Below, piece after piece: positions 57,501-64,000 of a DNA stretch of 64,000 bases. The stretch covers positions 43,370 through 107,369 of the forward strand of contig JAHFED010000012.1 in the NCBI GenBank assembly GCA_023248635.1, read 5' to 3'. The translations under genes were made by a program, and so were the position numbers. The first letter of the stretch is position 1; each line of letters begins with the position of its first letter. Below the pieces are notes generated by a model, which ran no database searches, was not told the origin of the DNA, and worked only from the letters and a program-made list of their open reading frames with translations. This DNA comes from Myxococcales bacterium (lineage in GTDB: Bacteria; Myxococcota; UBA727; VGSZ01).

Positions 57501-58574
57501 GCCATCGTCGCAAGCCTCGCCGCCGGGCGGACCCACACATCCGGCCGTCGTCGCGGATCCCTGGCATTGCCGCCCTTCGAGGTCGCCGTTGCCTTCCACG
57601 GGAACGCGGCAGTCGTGCACCAGGAATTCGAAGACGCCCGCCTGGCCCGGGCTCGTGTTGGTGAGCTGGGGCAAGTTGAGCAGTCGGGCGGTGCGCGAGA
57701 TCGGGAGCTCAATGAAGTCAAGACCATCGCCAGCGTCAAAGCCCACCTGTGCGGCCGGTGAACCAAGACCAGTGAAATTCGTTCGAAAACGACAACCAGA
57801 GAGGCTGTCGCATCGCGTGTCAAAGAATCTGCTGTTTGTCCACTGTATCTGTTTATAACGATAGATGATATCGTAGTCGCGTGAGCTGTCGACAGGCCTG
57901 AGCTCCAACTGGAAGGTGTTTCGCAGCTCCACGGGGCCCACGTTGTCGGCGCCCAAGCCACCGTTGAGGGCCTCGACCGTTTGCCAGGTGACGACGATGC
58001 CGCGCGGTCCGACGTCGTAGTAGACGCAGCTCTCGGGCGACAAAGCGGAGCAGCGTGGGGCACCCTTGCGACCAGGCGCGAGCCCCCTCGTGTCAATGTT
58101 CGCCCAAAAAGGTGCGATCATCGGCGCCGTTGCCGCCGAGTGCTGCGCCGCGTTGCACGTTTCTACCGTTCCGGTGGAAACAAATCCCCCAACGACGCCA
58201 TCTTCGCCGAGGGGGACAGAGACAATATTTGTTGTACGAGTGCAGTGGATGAAATTGCCATTGTCGTCGGTCGGTGGCTGGGCCATCGGATCCGCGAAGG
58301 TGACGCTGCCGTTGGAGTTGATGAAGAGCTCAAAGTAGGTCTGGCCGAAGAAGCAGAGTCCGTCGGGGAAGGCGGCGGTGATCGGAATGGCGGCCGTCGA
58401 TCTGCCGAAGCCGGTTTGCGAGGAGGTGTTGTCGCCGCCGGTGGGCTCCAGAAAATTGCTGCCAAAGCCCAGAGGCCCGCCGAGGTCGCGGCGCAGCGTG
58501 GCACCGACGGGACTGCCCTGGGCGCCAAACGCGCCCAAGAGGAGGCACAGGGCGACGATCCGGCGACTGAACAT
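54558..58574 (-). CDS. Large surface protein: nidogen-like domain, Cys-rich repeats, (GE)n linkers, 4 PPC-like modules, TSP3-like Ca-binding repeats, MYXO-CTERM-like tail
   Basis: Signal peptide; [10 protein letters not shown]...IAPFWANID...NTFQ..L (NIDO); CDDGN...GDGCS; D.D.DG.PD..D repeats; terminal GC..GC...[15 protein letters not shown]. Confidence 0.85.
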   Translation of the reverse strand: MFSRRIVALCLLLGAFGAQGSPVGATLRRDLGGPLGFGSNFLEPTGGDNTSSQTGFGRSTAAIPITAAFPDGLCFFGQTYFELFINSNGSVTFADPMAQPPTDDNGNFIHCTRTTNIVSVPLGEDGVVGGFVSTGTVETCNAAQHSAATAPMIAPFWANIDTRGLAPGRKGAPRCSALSPESCVYYDVGPRGIVVTWQTVEALNGGLGADNVGPVELRNTFQLELRPVDSSRDYDIIYRYKQIQWTNSRFFDTRCDSLSGCRFRTNFTGLGSPAAQVGFDAGDGLDFIELPISRTARLLNLPQLTNTSPGQAGVFEFLVHDCRVPVEGNGDLEGRQCQGSATTAGCVGPPGGEACDDGNQINGDGCSEFGKTECDDDGDGVCDCDEVVIGTDPHDRDSDDDGVDDGEEICGPVPFVGGIRCGVGPPQCRGEGEGEGEGEGEGEGEGEGEGEGEGEGEGEGEGEGEGEGEGEGEGEGEGEGEGDGGAGGGFPLCGDIAGDLSAFIEAGTFLGNTTGAGSDMGGNCGGGISEDLVYALTPTRTGPLTISLVHPATNYDALLYVQRGCLPGDVELACDSDALGDAGAEVDFQAEAGTTYFVIVDGRTSAAGGSQGEFEMSISRSPPRCHNGVQDSDENGVDCSGPCEATCPEDLCVVDGDLSDFIDAGSFFGTTEGAGDDYRGDCGGGDVEDLAYALTPAHSGLLTISLVNPGTNYDTLLYVRTRCAPGDGDVACNDDVFGRLSEVQLQVEAGTTYFVIIDGYDGSGDFELTISSPPASCENGVKDGDENGGIDCGGTCPPCPDGPLPPPGGDDPPPGGDEPPPGGDDPRLGIDDPPPGDGFCAVESDLSDFIDGDTFSGTTARAGNNLSGSCGGEDADDLVYTLTPRTSGPLTIRLTDAGTFYDSVLYVRSGCAPADIELACNDDGPDEASEVDLQAEAGTTYFVVVDGFFASGEFEIAISTGCHNGKQDGGENGVDCSGSCAATCPGDECIVDGDVSAFINAGSFFGNTTGAGDDSHGDCGALGGEDLAYTLTPTASGPLTISLVNPGTSFDSVLYVKARCAPDDDDLICNDDAFAHQSPLASEVQIEALAGTTYYVFVDGFGAAAKGEFELSISRFSPSCDTGVRDGDETGVDCGGNCAPCIVPPPLFDLDPDRDGRVSPNDPDDDNDDLPTRIERGLGPVPVDSDGDGIPDYLDTDSDNDGIPDVDEGRGDADGDGVPDSIDTDSDDDGVPDVDEGTGDGDGDGVPDYLDDQDDGGGEGEGAEVEGEGEGEGEEVDGEGEGEGEGEGEGEGEGEGVDAEVSAGSAPPTSGCPGCSGGSGTTPLALVLLTLVRRRRRS
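54687..54805 (-). repeat. Second (Gly-Glu)n low-complexity tract before the sorting signal
   Basis: GEGEG blocks interrupted by AEVE/EEVD. Confidence 0.85.
57129..57287 (-). repeat. (Gly-Glu)26 coding hexanucleotide tract
   Basis: 53 codons of GGN-GAR with mixed synonymous codons. Confidence 0.95.
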
Positions 58575-58758
58575 GACCCACGTTAGGTGGCATCCCGGCG
58601 ACGCGCCAAAGAGCGGCTGCCTGTCTCGATCTCTATGTAGGCCGGGGAAGGAGGCGCCGTCGCCGCAGCCCGAGGGCGCAGGGGTGACGACGACGGCGGC
58701 TGATCTGCTGAGCCAGGGACCGGCTTTCGCCCCCCGACGAATTGCGTAGCGTGGCGAC

Positions 58759-61700
58759 ATGCGCACGCACCGCCTGCCTCTCTCCATCTGCCTCGCCACC
58801 TCCTGCGTCGTCGGCTGCGTCGGCGCGACCAATCCTCTCGATCCCGCGGCGCCACCGGAGTTGCAGGCCTCAGGGACCCTGGTGGGTCAGGTGGTGCTCG
58901 AGGGTTTTGACTTCGATCAGCGCGTCATCAAGCTGGTGGCCCTCGACGACCAGCGCAACGCGACCCAGATCGAAACGCTCGCCAGCACCGATGTGGCCCC
59001 CCCCGGCATCGACAACGCCGCCGGCGCCTTCCAAGCCCTGCTGCCGCCCGGCACCTATTCTTTGCGCTTCGACGCCAGCGTCAACGCCGTCGGCACCCAC
59101 GCCGATCTCGAGCTGCGGGGCATCGTCATCCAGCCCGGTGGCAGCACCGACGTCGACGTCGCACCCGCTTTGTTGGCGCCCGAGGAGCTCGAGGGCTCCG
59201 TGCGCGTGAGCCTCGCCGGCGCCGGCCTGGGCAGCACCGTGCTGCTGCGCCTGGTCCCGGCCGACGGCAACCCGCTGACCACCAAGAGCCTGAGCACCGA
59301 AGGGTCGGGGGACGTCGTCATCGCGCAGGTTGCCGACGGTGACTACCGCCTGGTCGCGACCGGTGAAGGCTACGTGCCCGTGTCGTCGCCGGAGTTCTCC
59401 GTCGCCGGCGCCGAGGCCCAGGCCGGGACGCTGACGCTCACCACCCTCGGCAACTTCTTCGCGCTCGTCGACGACGACGACACCGCTCCCTTTCTCGCCC
59501 GGGCGCAGATCCAGCTGCAGACCGCAGCACTCGTGTTGCCGGCGGGGGTCTCGGCCCGTGCCTGCGTCGTCGTCGGCGACGACGCACCCCCGGCGCCGGC
59601 CCTCGATGACCCCTGCTTTGCGCCCATCGCCGCCGATGGCATCATCGAGGTCGATTTGGCCGCGGACGACGCTGCCGACGGGCCCCGCACCATCGCTGCC
59701 CAGCTCCTGCTCGACATCGCCCGCGACGACGGCGCGCAGGTCGTTCCCAGCCTGGTGACCACCCTCTCGGTCGTGCTCGATCAAAGCGCACCCGTGATTC
59801 TCGATGTCACCTGTCTGCAGTGCGGCGGTGCCGTCGACGGCGATCTGTACACCGCGAGCTTGGCTCCCGAGCTGTTTCCCAGCGCAGCCGACGCAACCAG
59901 CACCGTGGTCGCCTTCACCATCGACGTCGACGGCGGCGGTGCCAGCGCTCCTTTTCCCGCCGGCGTGCCTTTCGCTGCACCACTGCTGTCGATCGGCCCT
60001 CACGAAGTGGCCGTGGTGGCGCTCGACGCTGCCGGCAACGCCTCCGCGCCCGCCACGCGCGCGATCACCGTCGACGCCACGGCCCCCAACGTGAGCGCCG
60101 ACGTCGTGGGCGGCCCCTTCACCAACGCAGAGACTGTGGCCGTCGCCCTGCAAGACGACGAAGGCAGCGCACCCCCCGTCGCCATGCGCGCGGCCCTCGG
60201 CAGCACCGCAGGCTTGCCCTTGGTGCCTTTTGGACCCTTGGTTGCGGTCGCGCTGACGGGCGTGAGCGAAGGGCCCGCCAGCCTCAACGTCGACGTCGTG
60301 GACGCTGCTGGCAGCACCACCTCGATCCCGCTCACCATTACGGTCGATCGCACCCTCCCCGCCAACCTCAGCGTCGTCCTCGCCGGGGGCGCGGGGGTGA
60401 CGTCGTCGTCGACGGCGACCATCACCATCGCCGCTGCCGACGCCGCCCCGCTGCGCTACGCCCTCACCCTCTCGGGCCCCGCTGGCGATGAGCTGCGCGC
60501 GGGCTCGCTGCCCGACACGCCGAGCCCCTTCGCCCTCGCCCTGGATGGGACCTACACGCTGTCGGGCTCGGTGCAAGACGCGGCGGGCAACCGCGTCGAC
60601 GTCACGCCCCGGAGCTTGGTTCGCGATGCCAACGCCCCCTGCGCGGGTGGGGCCGAGCTGCGCGTCCTCGACGTCGTCGTCGACGGCGGCGCGCTCTTTT
60701 CCCCACGCTCGGCGGTCGCTGTGGCCATCGCTTGCGACGAGGGTGACGCCTCACTCTTGCGCATCGGGTGCGGCGTCGATGCAGCTTTGGCGGCGGCGGT
60801 GCCCTTTTCGACAGCGGCCACTTGTGTGCTCGAGGAGGGCGCCAGCTCCATCACCGTCGACCTGCTCGACGGCGCCGGCAACGTCACCCGGGCCACCGCG
60901 CTGACGCCGTCCTTGGTCTTCGTCGATGCCCGAGCGCCCAGCACGCCGCGTTTTGCACCTGCTGCGGCCCCGGTGGTCGGCACCAATGAGTTGGTGCTCG
61001 ATCCTCTCGTCGTCGTCTCCACAGACGCGGCGGGCTCCGGCTTCTCGTTGACGGGGCCCTATCGGGTGAGCGCCCCAGGATTTGACGACGAACAGCCCTG
61101 GGACGGCGTCAGCGGGCTGGTGGTGCCGCTGGTTGAGGGCGACAACGTCGTGCGGGTCAAAGCGGTGGATCGCGCGGGCAACGCCTCGAGCGAGGACTTC
61201 TTCGTGGTGCGCAGTGACCTCGACCGACCGGTGATCAGCTTCCTCGACGCCGCCGCGGGCAACGGAGAGATCTCGATCGACTACGACTCCGACGACGACG
61301 ACGTCCTCGGCTTCGAGGTCTTTTATGGCCCCATCGCGACCAGCAACGAGGCCGCGTTCACCGGCGCCAACGCCGACCAGGGCCAGAGTCCCGTCGACTT
61401 CGGCAACAACCGGGCCGCGCGCTTGACCGGCTTGCCGCGCGGAACCCCCGTGTTCGTCGCCGTCCGCGCCTACGACGACGTCGGCCCTGGGCCGCTGCTG
61501 ACCTTCGCCGCGGCCGTCACGCCGAGCGAGTTGCCCCTGGCCACGATCGGGAACGTGAGCTTGCCCGGCTTCGCTCGCGCGGTCGCCTTCGCCGACGGCT
61601 TCGCCTTCGTCGTGCACGGGTGCCGCGGGACAGCAACCTGCCCCGAAGCCGGCGTCTCCAGCGTCGACATCAGCGATCCCACACAGCCTCGGGTCATCAG

Positions 61701-63654
61701 CACTTGCACGGGAGGAGGCGGCGCCATCGGAGCGGTGGCCTCAGACATCGAAGTGATGGGCGATCTCGCCTACGTCGCCGACGGCCAGAACATCGACATC
61801 GTCGACATCTCTGACCCTTCTGCCCTCTCGTGCTCCAGCTTCTCCACCGCCCCCGATGGGGTGTTTGCCGGCGTCGACGTCGACTTCAACGTCGCCATCG
61901 ACATCACGCCGGGAGTGCTCTACGTCGCCGCCGAGCGCGAGGGCCTCTTGCTCTACTCCTTGGCCAACCCTGTGGCGCCGACCTTTCTGGGTCGTCACAA
62001 TCCTGCTGGCGATGGCGATCCGGCAAACCTCACCGATGCCAATCGTCCCTACCGCGAGCGTGGTCGCGCGGTGTGCGTGACGGCCCAAGGGGGCTTCGCC
62101 TATGTCTGCCGAGGGAACGCGCCTCCGGGAGACTCACGGCCCATCGAGATCATCGACGTGCACAATCCCGCGAGCCCCGCCCGCGCCGGCACCGGAGCCA
62201 TGCGCGGGTTCACGTCCTTGGACGCCGAGATCTTCGGCGATTCGCTCTTTTGGACCGAGGTGAACGGCGGACTGCTGGTGCACGACCTGCCCGGCAACGG
62301 CATCTCAGCCGACCACAGCGCGGCCGATGCCCGCGCCATCTCCAGTGGCTCCATCGCCGACATCGCCGTCGACGGCGGCGTCCTCTACGCGCGACTGGAG
62401 AACCCCTTGCGTCTGCGCGCGGTCTCCATGGCCGCCGCCGATCCGGCCACCAAAGCGATGGACACCCTCGGCGAAATCCCGGCCACCGACGTCGTCGAGG
62501 TCAACGTCTGCCAAAACAGCTTCATCGGCGACTCGAACATTGCCGCCTGTGCGGGCTCGCGCTTGATCGGCAACCCCAGCCGCCTCGCCCCCGCCGGCAT
62601 CTACCTGCTCGAGGCCTCGCCCTCGCTGGGCCTGGTGGTGCACCGGGCGGCGCGGCCGGTGCGCGCCAATGAGGTGGCCCATCTGCAGATTCCAGGCTTC
62701 GGCGGCGAAGGCCAGGTCGGCGGCAAAGGCATGGCCCTTTATGGTCCAAACCTCGTCATCGCCCGCGCCCGCTCGCTCGGCGTCATCGCCGTCGACGACC
62801 CGGCTCGTCCCAGCGCGCTGGGCGCTACCCCAAACCTGGGCATACCCTCTTGGACCACCCTGGCCGGCGTCGTCGGCGACACCTTCGTGGTGGCCCTGCA
62901 GCACGACCCCGTGCAGGACGGCATCGTGCTGGTGCGAGCGAGCACCTTCGCCACCGGCGTCGACGTGTCGGTGCCGGGTCTCACGCTGGAGCGCGTCGAC
63001 AGCGTGGCCACGGACGTCGGCTTCGGCGTGGGCGCAGCTCTGGTGCGCTGGCCGCTGGTCTATGTGCTCGAAGCACCCGACGGCGGCGGCAACAGCGCCC
63101 AATTCGGCACGGTGTCCAAGAGTCCGCGTTTGCGCATCTTTGATCTGCGCTCGCACGCTGCGATCCGCACCGTGGCGTTGCCCGACGGTGGAGAGACGCC
63201 CTCCCAAGGCAGCATGGTGTTTCACCGGGATCGCCTCTACGTGACCCGCGCCTTTTCGGACATCGCCATCGTCGACGTCAGCGACCCCGCGCTCGCCGCT
63301 TTGGTCGGCGTTGTGGCGGTGGGCGCGCAGGGGGCAAGCGCGCTGGCGACCTCCGGATCCCTGCTCTTTGCCACCGGCCCCAACCTCGAGATCTTCGATC
63401 TCGCCGATCCCGACGCCCCGAGGCTGATCGGCTCGAGCACCAGCGCTGGCTTTGGCAGTGGCGTCGCCGTCGCCTCCGACCTGCTGTTTTCAGGATCGAA
63501 CCCCAGCACCACCATCGTCGACGTCAGCGATGCCACCAGCCCCTCTTTCTTGAGCTTGCCGGGCACCACCCGCACCACCATCGGCGCCCTCGCCTCGGGC
63601 AAGGCTGTGTTCGTCATGGACCAAGGCGAGCTGTCCATCGTCGAGTTGGAATGA
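58759..63654 (+). CDS. Giant lipoprotein: carboxypeptidase-regulatory-like, Ig-like and FN3 domains, C-terminal LVIVD beta-propeller repeats
   Basis: Lipobox VVG-C then ATNPLDP; repeated D.AGN...VD..AP Ig motifs; [18 protein letters not shown] (FN3); IVDISDP/IVDVSDP repeats. Confidence 0.85.
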   Translation: MRTHRLPLSICLATSCVVGCVGATNPLDPAAPPELQASGTLVGQVVLEGFDFDQRVIKLVALDDQRNATQIETLASTDVAPPGIDNAAGAFQALLPPGTYSLRFDASVNAVGTHADLELRGIVIQPGGSTDVDVAPALLAPEELEGSVRVSLAGAGLGSTVLLRLVPADGNPLTTKSLSTEGSGDVVIAQVADGDYRLVATGEGYVPVSSPEFSVAGAEAQAGTLTLTTLGNFFALVDDDDTAPFLARAQIQLQTAALVLPAGVSARACVVVGDDAPPAPALDDPCFAPIAADGIIEVDLAADDAADGPRTIAAQLLLDIARDDGAQVVPSLVTTLSVVLDQSAPVILDVTCLQCGGAVDGDLYTASLAPELFPSAADATSTVVAFTIDVDGGGASAPFPAGVPFAAPLLSIGPHEVAVVALDAAGNASAPATRAITVDATAPNVSADVVGGPFTNAETVAVALQDDEGSAPPVAMRAALGSTAGLPLVPFGPLVAVALTGVSEGPASLNVDVVDAAGSTTSIPLTITVDRTLPANLSVVLAGGAGVTSSSTATITIAAADAAPLRYALTLSGPAGDELRAGSLPDTPSPFALALDGTYTLSGSVQDAAGNRVDVTPRSLVRDANAPCAGGAELRVLDVVVDGGALFSPRSAVAVAIACDEGDASLLRIGCGVDAALAAAVPFSTAATCVLEEGASSITVDLLDGAGNVTRATALTPSLVFVDARAPSTPRFAPAAAPVVGTNELVLDPLVVVSTDAAGSGFSLTGPYRVSAPGFDDEQPWDGVSGLVVPLVEGDNVVRVKAVDRAGNASSEDFFVVRSDLDRPVISFLDAAAGNGEISIDYDSDDDDVLGFEVFYGPIATSNEAAFTGANADQGQSPVDFGNNRAARLTGLPRGTPVFVAVRAYDDVGPGPLLTFAAAVTPSELPLATIGNVSLPGFARAVAFADGFAFVVHGCRGTATCPEAGVSSVDISDPTQPRVISTCTGGGGAIGAVASDIEVMGDLAYVADGQNIDIVDISDPSALSCSSFSTAPDGVFAGVDVDFNVAIDITPGVLYVAAEREGLLLYSLANPVAPTFLGRHNPAGDGDPANLTDANRPYRERGRAVCVTAQGGFAYVCRGNAPPGDSRPIEIIDVHNPASPARAGTGAMRGFTSLDAEIFGDSLFWTEVNGGLLVHDLPGNGISADHSAADARAISSGSIADIAVDGGVLYARLENPLRLRAVSMAAADPATKAMDTLGEIPATDVVEVNVCQNSFIGDSNIAACAGSRLIGNPSRLAPAGIYLLEASPSLGLVVHRAARPVRANEVAHLQIPGFGGEGQVGGKGMALYGPNLVIARARSLGVIAVDDPARPSALGATPNLGIPSWTTLAGVVGDTFVVALQHDPVQDGIVLVRASTFATGVDVSVPGLTLERVDSVATDVGFGVGAALVRWPLVYVLEAPDGGGNSAQFGTVSKSPRLRIFDLRSHAAIRTVALPDGGETPSQGSMVFHRDRLYVTRAFSDIAIVDVSDPALAALVGVVAVGAQGASALATSGSLLFATGPNLEIFDLADPDAPRLIGSSTSAGFGSGVAVASDLLFSGSNPSTTIVDVSDATSPSFLSLPGTTRTTIGALASGKAVFVMDQGELSIVELE

Positions 63655-63680
63655 CGGGCCGCGGCTCGTGGTGATCCGAC

Positions 63681-64000
63681 TCAGGGCGTCGGGTTTGGGC
63701 CCAGGGCGGCCAAGGCTTGTTGGTGGATGGGACTCTGGGGCGGGGTGTAGTCGAGGGCCCACTTCAGGTCGCTGCGAGCACCTTCGCCGTCACCGCGTCG
63801 TTGTTTGACGAGGCCACGATCGAGGGAGGCTGCGGCGCGGAGCCCCTGCGATGGCCCCTTGTCGAGGCAGCGGTCCAGATCTTTCAGCGCGTTGTCGAGG
63901 TCGCCGCCGGCGGCGTAGGCGCGTCCGCGCAATGCCAGGGCTTCGCTGACGACGTCGGCTTCGTCGGAGCCGTCGATCACCTTGGAGAGATCGGCGACGC
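63681..64000 (-). CDS. TPR-repeat protein, C-terminal part (runs off the window)
   Basis: ALALRGRAYAAGGDLDNALKDL and ASLDRGLVKQRRGDGEGARSDL TPR units. Confidence 0.75.
   Translation of the reverse strand, partial: VADLSKVIDGSDEADVVSEALALRGRAYAAGGDLDNALKDLDRCLDKGPSQGLRAAASLDRGLVKQRRGDGEGARSDLKWALDYTPPQSPIHQQALAALGPNPTP

Noticed and set aside
57007-57858. (Ser-Pro)n plus-strand protein and similar ORFs at 54433-56903
   Set aside because: Reverse-complement readings of the (GE)n tracts and of the real minus-strand gene.

Overview
GC-rich (~65-70%) bacterial chromosomal segment. The MYXO-CTERM-like sorting signal, (GE)n linkers, many Cys-rich lipoproteins, a membrane Ser/Thr kinase and a DUF1501 module point to a Myxococcota or related deltaproteobacterium (inference). 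1-24.1 kb is a mostly minus-strand, translationally coupled surface-polysaccharide locus that continues past the left edge. It holds Wzi-like, SLBB/Wza-like and Wzz-like export genes and a pseudaminic-acid pathway (pseB, pseC, pseG, pseI, SpsF/PseF-like). It also has an unusually large tailoring set: amidotransferase plus HisH/HisF paralogues, aldo/keto reductase, class III aminotransferase, two formyltransferase domains, three GNAT domains, AT3, DUF4910, FkbH, ACP and MaoC. The remainder mixes housekeeping genes (uvrA, ychF, trmH-family, tsaD, rtcB, bcp, arsC) with poorly characterised modules: a 36-aa-repeat coiled-coil + GAF-GAF-PAS adenylate cyclase + Cys-His-Asp enzyme + 47-aa peptide run, a CASTOR/POLLUX-like channel, a 4-gene DUF1501/CxxCH lipoprotein module, a class I isoprenoid-synthase-fold protein and several giant surface proteins. 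Two hairpin-forming intergenic tandem arrays (59 bp before rtcB, 34 bp after trmH) are present. I saw no tRNA, rRNA, CRISPR array or transposase. All family calls come from motif recognition by eye; no database search was run.
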